Shown here piece after piece: positions 38,724 through 51,400 of a stretch of DNA of 64,000 nucleotides. Position 1 is the first letter of the stretch. Each line of letters begins with the position of its first letter. The DNA is from Octopus bimaculoides (lineage: Eukaryota): positions 9,520,181-9,584,180 of the forward strand of contig NC_068993.1 in the NCBI RefSeq assembly GCF_001194135.2. The letters run 5' to 3'. A model generated the notes under the pieces. That model was not told the origin of the DNA, searched no databases, and worked only from the letters and a program-made list of their open reading frames with translations. The position numbers were made by a program, and so were the translations under genes.

Positions 38724-41700
38724 TTAAGATACTTGAGATTAACTTCTAGAAATTCATTCTGTATAATTCTAAGGTTTTTACGCAACTGCTAACTCTAGAT
38801 ATTTTTTATCAAAACAAGTTAACTTCACGGAACGATAATTGTTGCAATCAATTTTCATTGACATGCTGTCATTGTTGCTTTTTTTTTTCTTTTTGAAACC
38901 CCAAGTCAACCTTGATCAAAGCAATCTATGGTTACAGACATTCCAACTACGCCAATTCCGAAATTTATCAAGTGTTTCTAAGGTTATATTATCTCGTTTG
39001 ACTTCCTTGTTTTAAGACAGTAGAATGTGATGTGAAGGATAGTTGGCTGTTTTTTTCCAACAGGTAGAGATATCACTAAGAACAGGGATATCAAACATAC
39101 GGCTGGTGGGTCGGATCCAGCTCTCAGCAATTCTTAATTCGGCTCCTTGATTCAGTTTTATACAAAACAATTATTATTATTCAATTTTAAAATAATCTGT
39201 AAAATGTATATCGTTAGCAAGCGTTCAAAATTGAAATCTGACTCAAGTCATGATTAACACCGATTGTAATTCATCAAATCGTTGCACCTTAAAAGAATCT
39301 TTGTTATCTCAACTAATGAAAAAGAGGCTTGTGAGTCCATGTAGTAAAACATGTGGCCAGTTTCCACTTCAATTTGTCTTTATTCGCCGAGTCAAACGGG
39401 TTGATTTATCTAAACTTGAACAGCGCCGAAGTTTGTTTTTGCAACTGAAACAGTGCAAACTTTCTATCAAACATTGGTCCTCCCACCAATTGCAGGCATT
39501 CATTTGAACAATTTCTATCTCTATCCTCACTCTAAATACTCTAATTTAATTAGACCGTAACATATATCATGCAGACGAGTTTTTTCTCTGCACATCTCTA
39601 CATGCAAACTTTGCTGGCACCTGATATAATAATGTTGATATAACGTATAGTTACCCCTTTAAACCATTTCCTTTAACTGTCCCAATAAATAAGATTATAT
39701 CTAGGAGTGATTGTCCATATTCAACTCCCTTAATCTAATTTATGCTTCAATCTGGCTCACAAATCCAAATGAGTTTGATCTCCCATTACCCTTGAGGTTC
39801 CCCGTCGGTAGCGGCTGTGAGGAAGACGATGGAGTAAGCCATAACACATTACTAGAGTTAGAATATCGGCAGCTCGCCATACAATATGGCGCGGGAACAG
39901 GGCGTACAGGGTGTACGCTTGCAACCCCTAGATCTTTGTGGGGTGGGCAATGAAAATGCTTTGAACGTCTCCCTGAAAATTTTCATCGCCAAAACGAACT
40001 AATTTGAAACATTACATTTCCATTATTGGATTTATCTGATTTGATTAATGTACAAATAATAATGCTGCTAAGTCAGCCCTGCCTACCTACTTTCCCAAAC
40101 AGATCTCTTGTAATTTGAAGTCGTCAGTTGTCGGAATGAAATAACAAACGTAACACTGATCTAATACTGAAAGTCTACAAAACTACCGCCCTTTTCATGG
40201 ATATAAAATCGCACCGGTTGAGTGGCCCTCATCCCGAGAATTAGAATCTCTTGAAATGCGGTTTATATGTAACATGAGGTTTCCAATACGTAGTTCTTCG
40301 ATATATTGCAGAGTACTTGCTCTTTATTATAAACCGTATTTTACAAAAATAGAAGACGCACGGGTGTATTAGATGTACCCCCATCAAATAATATAAACTG
40401 AAGAAATGTTCCGTGTGTTGAAGCAGTGAAGTGGCGGAATCTGTCAATAATTGGAATTCAACTGACCTTAGTAAGTTGAGAGTGTGTGTGTGTTTTGTGT
40501 TTGCTAACTTTTAACCTCATCTCGCAATGTTAATCTTACCCCTAATCTTAGAATCAACTAGATAACCTTGTCAGTTCACCAAAACTGATTCCTTATCAAC
40601 ACTATCCGGAAATACATAGATAAATAAGGAGAAATAGAGTGCGGAAATAGAAGTGAAAGAAAAAAAGTAAAACAGGACGAAGACACCAATTCCAAAATAA
40701 CTGGGAACCCCTCCAACATACAAGCAGACCACCGAAAAAACCCCAGATAACGACGACTTGTGGGAGGAAGAGAGGAAGTGGTGATGAAGTAATGTTATGT
40801 TGTAAGGCGGAGAGATGACCCTCAGATTCTCAAGCATCACAGTGTCAACAGGGTTGTACAAGATTTCAAACAGTTTGCCAAATGAGGTGTTAAAAATAAG
40901 CCAGATAATAATTTTCACACAAATCTGTTTGCTATTTAGATACCAACATCGCGTGTGTGTGTGTGCATGTCTGTGTGTACGCGAATCCATTTTAATTAAA
41001 TGGGTTTGACTAAGTACTTTTTTCTTGTTCTTTTTACTTAGTTTTACTTAGTTTTATCATCCATATATCAGGGGATGGTTGAGTTGGTGGTGATGATGGA
41101 GCTGTGAGGCCAGGCTGATACGAAATCTAACAGGAGTTGAGTCATCAAGGACGACTTTCTCTTTTCATTTCTGTGAGCTCGATTAAAAATAGGTAACCAT
41201 TTGATGCATTATTGTAAACAAACAACGCCAGTTTAGAGAGAAAGTATCGTCGTCCATGATACATTCTACGGGAAGAGGGGGACACTATTTTACAAAAACT
41301 GAATTAACTGAATTATAGAGCTGTAGGTGGTAGGTGAAGCGAGTTACTGTTTCGGTGGTTAATTTCTATTATCACTTATTTTTTTCTAAAGTGAACGAAT
41401 ATTTCGATAAAGTATCCTTTTATAAACTTAATGGTTTCCTTTTCTTCTTTTTCTTCATTTTTTCCCCTGTTAATCACTTTATTTCTTCGTACATTGGCTG
41501 CTTTCAGTCGTTTTCTTAGTTAAAAAAACAAGTCCTTCCCATTTGTTATTTTTCATTGTTGAACCACAGATTGGTAACTTTTTGGTTCACTGAAGAAAAA
41601 TTGAACTGATTATTATTGAATTATTTTATTCTCTATAAAACAGAATTAATGACAAATAAAACTTGTACGTTAATTGAATAAAACAAGGGTCATTTGGTAC

Positions 41701-42346
41701 CAGGGCGTAACTTTTATTTCTACATTATTGACTATCTAAGTCTGCAGGGGGGACATTTTGCAATATATATGTACCTTACATAATAATAATAGTAATAATA
41801 ATATGCAAGTCGAAGAATACTAAAACAGCAAACGGAGTGAGTGATAGTCAGAGACGCTAAGTGCAGGCGAACCGTGATAGAACGGAATGGTCTCAAGTCG
41901 CTGGTATTTTAATCCGTAGTATTCCGTGATGTGCGACCCTTTGGGGTATTTGGTGTTAAATTGATGCTTCTTCTTTTCTTTTTCTTTCTTTATTTCCTCT
42001 TTTTCCTTTTTTCTCCTTTTTCTTTCTTTCTTTCTTTCTTCGCTCTTGTTTGTGTTTTCTTGGGTTTTGGAATTGTATTTTAATGTGGTCTGTGATTATA
42101 TATGTATCGTAGACATACCTACTATATTCCAATAAAAAGCTCCTTTTTTTTTTTGTTAATTAAAAAAATCAAAATAAAAGCAATTTTTTTTTTTATCACA
42201 GATTGTATTCCGTTTATCAGTATTGTAGATTATATTTAGTTTATCAGTTTGTGTGTGTGTGTGTTTTCCAAAATGTAACCACATGTAGATTGTTGGTGAT
42301 TTTTTCCCTCTTTCTTCCTTTTCTTTTGGACTTTCCTCTGTCTCCT

Positions 42347-42381
42347 GTTTCTGAAGAAGAGCTTTGCTCGAAACGTAAAAC
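42347..42381 (+). ncRNA. Minimal type I hammerhead ribozyme motif (Penelope-type)
   Basis: GUUU-CUGAAGA-A-GAGC(UUU)GCUC-GAAAC-GUA-AAAC, with perfect stems I and II. Confidence 0.65.
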
Positions 42382-43029
42382 ACCCGTTTTTCCGTCGAGG
42401 GCTTATTTGTCCCAATATTAAACTATTTACCTCAGTTAATGCACGGTGATATATATATATATATGCTAATAATTTACAGCAATGTCTGGTATACGGTTAC
42501 GTGAAGCAATGAATGACAGTTTGTGAAGTTTTTTGGTTCGGCTTCAATAAAATAGTGCGTGTGTATGTGTGTATGCATTCATGTATACATATATGTATGT
42601 GTATATGTGTTTGTACGAACTTACGTTTGTGTGTAATATCGAAACGAAACAGTAGAAATGAACAAAACTAAATAAAGTAAAATAAACAAGTAAAAAAAAA
42701 GGTGTTGGTATTCGTTGAGGCAAACAAAATGCAAACAGTTTACAGAGTGGAATTCCTCGCGGCAAACTAATTTATTATTCCGCATTGTGAACAGTTGGTA
42801 CGTGTTTATTCCTGTGTGGGCGCGCGCGGGCGTGCGTGTGTATTGCTCGCGGTTAATAGAAGCATTCTTTAAACCCTTCTGGGAGAAGGTTAATCTGACA
42901 TAATACTTGTGACTTGCCTCTCCAGCAGGCATTTTGTTTCAGATCAAATGAAGAAGCTTCTACGAGGTCATTGAACGTGCTAAAAATAGCAGCAAAATTT
43001 CTCTCGAATCACAACCGTACCGTTTAAAA

Positions 43030-43455
43030 CAGTGATTCTCAACCATTTTTAAATATTTTTTTTTGCCTATGGACCCCTATGATTCCTATTTTACTCAGGT
43101 GGACCCTCGATGTTTTTAAAAAAATCGTATTATATTTTTAAAATGAAATATTATTAGGAATTGTATAAAAAAAATTGTTAAAATATTTTGTGTATTGTAG
43201 AAATATAATCAATTTTATATGGGAGAATTTACGAAAAAAACAACGACAGACGAGAAAAGGTGGTGTAAACAACAAAAGGATGTATTAGTTTAACGCTCGG
43301 GAATAGAGAAAGTCTTTAACGTTTCGAGTTACGCTCTTCAACAGAAAGAATACGGAGAAAACAAGGAGAAAAAAAATTGAATATTTTGGTCAGCGATCTA
43401 TCATGGCGACTGCACCCCCACCAAGGATCAGATGAACCCTGGTTCAGAACCTCTG
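43030..43455 (+). mobile_element. hAT-type MITE interrupted by a Penelope-like fragment
   Basis: Ends CAGTGATTCTCAACC / GGTTCAGAACCTCTG; uninterrupted relative at 57553-57782. Confidence 0.55.
43220..43410 (-). mobile_element. Penelope-like terminal fragment nested in a hAT-type MITE
   Basis: Reverse copy of the 27340/33677 family; hammerhead variant at 43313-43349. Confidence 0.55.
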
Positions 43456-43721
43456 TCTAAAATAAGGAAAGAACATATCAGATACATTAGACATTGTAGT
43501 TCTTGTGATAATTGCATTAAGTACCAATTTATATCTCAAAATCGTTCTTTTTTTATTTGCGGGTGATCCTAAGACAGGAGAACTGGTCAGAATATTTGCA
43601 ACAGAATGGCTGAGTTATTAGCTCCACAGGACCAAGTTGTAATATTAAAATGAACAATGGATTAAATCCACCATGTAAGAGACCCTGACGGCTTTTTCTT
43701 TTGTGTTTATACATGATTTTG

Positions 43722-44024
43722 TCCCAAGTTGAACATCTTTTCTGACCACCACGGTCCCTAGATCTCAATATTATTGAACATTTATGGTGCATTTTAGAAA
43801 ACCAAGTAAGGAGTCGATATCCTCCACCATCATCACTACAAGAACTGGAGACTGTATTAGCTGAAGAATGGACAAAAATTCCTTTGGAAACAATTCAGAC
43901 TTTGTACAAGTACATACCTCATAGAATTCAAGCTGTAATTACTGCTAAAAGCGGTCCTACCTCATATCAAAATAAATTTGTTTGAAATTTTAAGGTGCTT
44001 CCATTATTTTGTCCAACTCCTGTA
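43722..44024 (+). mobile_element. Tc1-family transposon 3' fragment with terminal inverted repeat
   Basis: *PPRSLDLNIIEHLW...SLQELETVLAEEWTKIP...IPHRIQAVITAKSGPTSY (WPxxSPDLNxIEHLW motif); ends ...CTCCTG-TA. Confidence 0.85.
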
Positions 44025-44134
44025 CATAGGCAGTGAGTTGGCAGAACCCAAAGCGATGAGCTAGCAGAATCATTAACACGTTGGGCGAAATGCTTAGCGG
44101 TATTTCGTCTGCCATTAGGTTCAGGTGCAGGAGT

Positions 44135-44284
44135 TACTATGTGGTAAGTAGCTTGCTTACTAACCACATGGTTCTGGGTTCAGTCCCACTGCATGGCACC
44201 TTGGGCAAGTGTCTTCTACTATAGCCTCGGGCCGACCATAGCCTTATGAGTGGATTTGGTAGACGGAAACTGAAAGAAGCCTGT

Positions 44285-44347
<63 letters not shown>

Positions 44348-44545
44348 TTGTGTGCGTGTTTGTCCCCCTCCCAACATTGCTTGACAACCGATGCTGGTTT
44401 GTTTATGTCCCCATAACTTAGCAGTTTGGCAAAAGACACAAATTAAATAATTACTAGGCTTACAAAGCAAAGAGTAAGTCCTGGGGTCAGTTTGCTCGAC
44501 TAAAGGTGGTGCTCCAGCATGGCTGCAGTCAAATGACTGAAACAA
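44135..44545 (+). mobile_element. tRNA-headed SINE family A (representative copy)
   Basis: A/B-box-like head (GTGGTAAG...GGTTCAGTCCC), internal (TA/TG)n, tail GACTGAAACAAG. Other copies at about 1963-2343(-), 6309-6680, 22460-22860(-), 27025-27300, 28150-28690, 28855-29180(-), 33885-34390, 45355-45650(-), 61615-61970. Confidence 0.85.
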
Positions 44546-44561
44546 ATTTTTCTTAAAAATG

Positions 44562-44594
<33 letters not shown>

Positions 44595-44844
44595 ATGTGT
44601 GGCACGTAAAAAGCACCAACCGATCGTGGCCGTTGCCAGCCTCCTCTGGCCCCTGTGCCAGTGGCACATAAAAGCACCCACTACACTCACGGAGTGGTTG
44701 GCATTAGGAAGGGCACCCAACTGTAGAAACTCTGCCAGATCAGATTGGAGCCTGGTGCAGCCTTCTGGCTTGCCAGTCCTCAGTCAAATCGTCCAACCCA
44801 TGCTAGCATGGAAAACGGACGTTAAACGATGATGATGTTGATGA

Positions 44845-44887
<43 letters not shown>

Positions 44888-44939
44888 NNNNNNNNNNNNN
44901 NNNNNNNNNNNNNNNNNNNNNNNNNNNNNNNNNNNTATG

Positions 44940-45004
<65 letters not shown>

Positions 45005-45071
45005 GTATATATATATGTGTGCATGTGTGTGTGTAAACATGTATGTATAAAAATATCTTTCTATTTTTAAG

Positions 45072-45133
45072 ATTATGAATTTAATTCTACACAACCTACA
45101 AATCTCACTGAAGAAACTGATGGAAGAGTCACT
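45072..45133 (+). CDS. Cys-module gene exon ([21 protein letters not shown])
   Basis: ctatttttaag acceptor, gtaagt donor, phase 1-0, two N-x-T sequons. Confidence 0.65.
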
Positions 45134-45427
45134 GTAAGTTCTTTATATATATGTGTTGTGTGTATATATGTATGTATATATATATATATATACGAGTGTG
45201 TGTGTGTTGATAAATTATATGCTGCATTTTTGTGTATATATCTAATGATAAAATAAGGCACGAGTCTAACGATTTAATTAGGGATAACTGCTACAACTAA
45301 TAATATTACTAGAACCATTGTTGATGGAGTCCCTGTGCAGTCACTCTATCAGTGTCTTTTTGCCGAACCACTAAGTTACGGAGACGTAAACACACCAACA
45401 TCGGTTGTTAAGTGATAGTAGGGGGGG

Positions 45428-45458
<31 letters not shown>

Positions 45459-48400
45459 CACGTAAATATATATATATATATATATATACATATATGACGG
45501 GCTTCTTTCAGTTTTCATCTCCCAAATCCACTCACAAGGCTTTGATCAGCCCAAGACTATAACAAAAGACACTTGCCGAAGGTGCCATGCGTTGGGACTG
45601 AACCTGGAACCATGTGGTTAGGAAGCAAGCTTCTTACCACACATCCACACCTGTGACTATAACAACAATAATAATATTTAACTGTTTCAAATTTTAGTGC
45701 AAGGCCAGCAATTTCAGGGGTAGGGGTAAGTCGATTATATCGACCCCAGGACTCAACAGGGACTTGTTTTATTAACCCTTGAAGGGATGAAAAGCAAAGT
45801 CAACCTCGGTGAAATTTGAAGTCAGAAGATAAAGACTGTCGGAATGCTGCGAAGTACTTTACCCAGTGTGCTAATGATCCTGCCAGTTTGCTGCATTCGT
45901 GAAAATAATAACCCTTTATATTATAGGCACAGGGCCTGAAATTTAGTGGGGAGAGGGCTAGTCAATTTCATCGACCCCAGTGTTCATCTGGTATTTATTT
46001 CATCGACCCCCGAAAGGATAAAAGGCAAAGTCGACCGCGGTAGAATTTGAACTCAGAACATAAAGATAGACATAATATTGCTAAGCATTCTGCCCAGAAT
46101 AATAACGGTTTTAAATTTTGGCACAGGGTTAACAGTTTTTGAGGGGAGGGGAGAAGTTGATTACATGGACCACAGTATTTGACTGGTATCAACCCTGAAA
46201 GGATGAAAGGTAAAGTCAACCTTGCCGGAATTTGAACTCAGAACATAAAGACAGACAAAACACCACTAATAATAATAATAATAACAATAATTCTTTGTAG
46301 CATAGGCACAAGGCCTGAAATTTTGGGAGAATGGGCTTAAGTTGATTACATTGACTCCAGTATTAAACCAGTACTTATTTTATTGACCCAGAAAGGACAA
46401 AAGGCAAAGTCAGCCTTAGGGGAGTTTGAACCCAGAGCCTAAAGAGTCGGAAGAAATGCTTCCAAGCATTTTGTCCAAAATGCTAATAATTCTGCAAGCT
46501 TACCACCTTAACAACAACAACAATAATAATAACGATAATGATTGCAACATAAACAACCACAATAGGAAACGCCCATCCACCCCTAAGATAGAAATTTAGT
46601 TGCAGGATGAGGGTAAGAAAGAAAGAAAGAAAGAAAGAAGGCCAACATTTAATGGTTCTGTGCTATATTTCTCTCTAACATAATTAAAGAATTTTTTCTT
46701 TTTTTTATTTCTTTTGCTTAGTTTTTTGTGTTTTTGTTATCTCAATGGCCTTGGTAATGAGTTTCAAAATGGTTTTGATTTAAAAGGCAGGTGATATCCC
46801 ATGATACACTTTGTATTACTTGCTATTTATTGGCTGCGTTCATTGGTGGTGGTGGTAGTGGTGGTGTAGCGGGGTTCAGTGATAATGTATAATGGTAGTT
46901 GGTTAGTGTTGTTGCGGATGGCAGTGGTTGGGGGTGGGTGGCGGTGATGTCGGTTGGGGTGGTGGCTGTAGTTGTGATGATGGCAGTGGTGGTGGTGGTG
47001 GTGGTAGTAGTTGTGGCATTGATGGTAGTAGTAGCGGTGGTGGTGGTGGTGGAGGTGGTATTGGGGGTGGTAGTGGTGGTATGATATTTGCTGGTGGGAT
47101 GTTTTAAAGACATTAAATTAGTGGTGGTAGTGGTCGTCGTCATCATTGTCATCATCATCATCATTGTTGTCGTCATCGTCATGGTAGTAGTGGTTGGGAT
47201 AATGGGGATGGTACTGGTGGTGGTGGTGGTGGTGGTATGATATTTGCTGATGGGATGTGTTAGAAAGATGTTAAACTAATGGTGGTGATGGTGGTGGTAG
47301 TGGTTGGGGACAGTAATGGTGGTGTCGGTAGATGCTCCTTTGGGGTTGTTGGTGATTGTCAGGAAAAAAAATAAAAAGAAAGGCTCTGCTGTATTTATAG
47401 CAGCACTTAGAAACAGTTTGTGAGTTCAAATCCTGCTGATGCCAACTTCGCCTTTCATCTTTACAAAGTTGATAAACTAAAGTACCAGCAAAATACCAGG
47501 GTTAATATAACCCCACCAACCCACTCCACACACACGTACACATACGTATACACAAATACACACATACATACATACACACACGCACATACATACACACATA
47601 TACATACACACATACATACACACACACATACACACACCTACATACACACGCCCATACATACACACACATATACATACATACATACATACATACATACATA
47701 CACATATGCATACACACATCTATACACACACATACACACACATACATTAATACACACACACACATTTACATACACAAATTTCTGCCCTGGTGCCTACGTT
47801 AGTAGTACTTGTGCTGAGAATCATAATTCATGATGATGATGACAATGATGAGCTGATGTGGCATGACAACAATGATGATGATGATGGTGATGATGATGAT
47901 AATGATAATAATGATGATGATGACAACGATGATGATTATGATGATGATGATATCTTGGTTTTGCAGACAGAATCCTCATCTGTAAATGCAAGGAGATCGT
48001 TGCCCAGTATCAGGATCCTGACCAAAATCGAAAGCCCACGAAGGACACATGGTTATTGGCCAAACCAAAGAAACAAGGTGAGACATTTTCCACTGTCATT
48101 CAAAATTCGGGAAGATGATAGGTATTTAAAGTGTGGTTCTTATGTTGCTGTAGTTGTTGTTGATGATGATGATGTGTGTGTATGTGTATATGTATATGTA
48201 TATATATGTGTGTGTGTACATAATTTATATATTAATACTCTTGGCTCCTGTGCAGGTGGCACGTAAAATACACCATTTCGAGCGTGGCCGTTGCCAGTAC
48301 CGCCTGACTGGCATTCGTGCCAATGGCACGTAAAAGCACCCACTACACTCTCAGAGTGGTTGGCGTTAGGAAGGGCATCCAGCTGTAGAAACTCTGCTAA

Positions 48401-51400
48401 ATCAGATTGGAGCCTGGTGCAGCCATCTGGTTCGCCAGTCCTCAGTCAAATCGTCCAACCCATGCTAGCATGGAAAGCGGACGTTAAACGATGATGATGA
48501 TGATGAAGTTATAATAATAATAATGAAATTATTGTATACAGTGTTCAGGTGCACTACAACTTGTCAAAAGTGCGCATAAAGCATATGCAGTATTGTACAA
48601 ATGTCTGGAAAGTGAACAGTGTATGAGTCAGATACATGCTTGCGTATGTATAGAGGGGAGAAAATCAGGTGTAGTGTTGGCGAATCTCAGGAAGCATGGA
48701 AGTTTTGATGCCGACAGTTTGTTCCACACTTCAGCCTACTCTTAGCATGAAAATGTGTTTCCGAATGTCATGGAAGCTGTGCTATTTTCTGACTTTGTAA
48801 CCATGTCCAGACAGGGAAGCTCTCTGATAAAATCCTGTTTTGAATTATGTTAATTATTAATCAATGTTTCAAAAATATTTATTGAATGCTTTTTCTTAGT
48901 ATTTTCTGCCATTTGTTCTCTCTTAATTCTATTTTATTCCAAAATGTCCATATCTGAAATCCACTAATTGTATATTTTATTTTATAGGCATTCATTACTG
49001 GGAATATTCACAGACAAGTACCTCATACTGGAGGACAGTACCCTAGTCGGATACCACAGACAGGAGGGCAATACCCCAGTCGGATACCACACACAGGAGG
49101 GCGGTACCCTGGCCAGATACCATATACTGGACAGTACCCTAGCCAGGTACCACTTGCAAGAGGGCAATACCCAAGACGAGTACCAAACACTGGAAGACAG
49201 TATCCTGTCAGAGTACGAAATAATAGACTTCAATATCCAAGGCTGGTACCAAGTAATAGAGCACAGTTCCCTAGACAAGTCATAAACACTGGACGGCGGT
49301 ACCCTATTAGAGTACCCAACAATAGGGTACCGTATTCCAATTACTACCCAGAGTACCCTACATATAACCAGGGACATGAAAGAAATTCACAAACTTTCAA
49401 TGTTGATCAATCTGGCAAACCTCAATCTGTTTCAGATGTAAGTATTATTTTGTACCCTGGGGGGTTATTTTTTTTTTTGGTTTTTTGTTCCCCCCCACCT
49501 CATAAAGTTTTATTCTTCTTTTATTTTTTGCTTGTTTTGATCATTGGGCTGCAACCATACTAGGGGACAAACTTGAAGAGTTTAGGGGAGCAAATTGACC
49601 CTAGTACTTATATATATATTTTTTTATATCTGGTACTTATTCTTCTATCAGTCACCTTTGTACCTGGGTCGATTTGTTTAACTAAACCCTACCATTTTTT
49701 AAAAGCATTTAAACACATTTTTCACTGATGTTATTACTGTTATTTCTTTATTTTCTGCAAACAAAGAGCACAAAAAAGCTACACGTTTGCATTATGTTAT
49801 ATATACAATAATAATAAAGGACTTTACCGTATATATGTTTACAAACCAAGGACATTATATAAACCTCTTTGACTCAAGTTAGAGAAGGGGTGCGTATTAT
49901 GCACAAGGTTTAGGTTTTTCAGAGGTACAGCCCCCTAAAAATCCCCTGCGTATTATACTCAAGGGCGGACTATACTCAAGGATTTACGGTATTACATTTG
50001 ACAGAGTAATCTAAACCCTAAAGAGTTAATACATGTGCATAAGTGCAATTATTTATCATCTGCTCGCTTAAAAAATTAATATTTGTTTATACCATTTGAG
50101 CGTAATCGTTACCAGCATCGCCCTCTAGCACTTGTGCTGGTGGTACGTTAGAAAATCATTCCACTGAGGTCGTTGCCAGTGCCGCTGGACTGGCTCCCAT
50201 GCAGGTGGCACGTAAAAGACACCTTTTTGAGCATGGCCGTTGCCAGTACCATGTGACTGGCCCTCTTGCTGGTGGCACGTAAAAGCACCCACTACACTCT
50301 CGGAGTGGTTGGCGTTAGTAAGGGCATCCAGTTGTAGAAACTCTGCCAGATCAGATTGGAGCCCGGTGCATCCTTCTGGATTGCCAATCCTCAGTCAAAT
50401 CGTCCAACCCATGCTAGCATGGAAAGCGGACGTTAAACGACGATGATGATGATGAAGGTTTAATTTAGCCTAAACTCTGGATTCACAAGAAACACACTTG
50501 CAAGCTGCCTGAGAAAGGATGCACAGGTATAAAGCATGGATTAGAGAGGAACAAGAAGATATAATAAAGAGAGATAAAAAGGCAACACCAACAGAGACAT
50601 GAGGAAATGAATGTAGACAAACGTTAAGAATATTTAAAGAAAGCTTAACTATGAATGCTAGAAAAATACAAATCATTCTTTCTTTCTTCAATAGGTCCTC
50701 TTAATTTTTTCCGTTCTGTGGAATTTACATTAGTTATGAATTTTGCGTGTTATATTCCTTTGTGTATGTATTGTTTTATTTTGTCTCTTCCTCTGTAGAT
50801 CTGTCCTCAGATTGATGCTCCAATTCTTATCAATGGGGTACTATGTCCTGATGCCATTGACCGTTTTGGCAGCCACTTATGTTACACCTATGAACATTAT
50901 TACAAGTCTTGTTGCGAAAAATGTCATCAAATCAAAAACAAAGCAGAAATAGGTAAGATGAATTAACCACACACACACACACAAACACACACAAATATCT
51001 AAGAAATATCTAAGAATTATACATGTATCTATATAAGTATATACATGTATACAGACACACACACACACACACCAATATCTAAGTATATACATGTATACGC
51101 ACACATGCACACACACACACAAACACTTGGTTATTTATAGACCATGGAGACTGGTTAACTGGTTCTATGAGCCCTCAGACTTGAGACAGTAATGTCTAGG
51201 GAGACGTTGTCACTCAGTCTGCTAGAAATAGCAACCAAATCTTCCTCAAATCACACTCTCCTGTTTCACAAAGGGAATGTCACATTGGGTACTGCTGATA
51301 TGGGGAAACACCTGTTTAAATCATACAGTGTCTTAACTAGAAAACTATTTGATCAGTCAGACAGGACAGAGATGACTAAATAAATGTAACCACACACACA

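Noticed and set aside
46823-47182. Mucin-like poly-Thr ORF
   Set aside because: Low-complexity (GGT)n tract; no splice or start support.
47790-47966. Poly-Asp ORF start
   Set aside because: (GAT)n intronic repeat; only 47967-48077 has splice support.
48968-49285. ORF-track frame of the repeat exon (DSTLVGYH...) and its antisense ORF
   Set aside because: Wrong frames; splice phases and the downstream Cys exons support the QYP frame.
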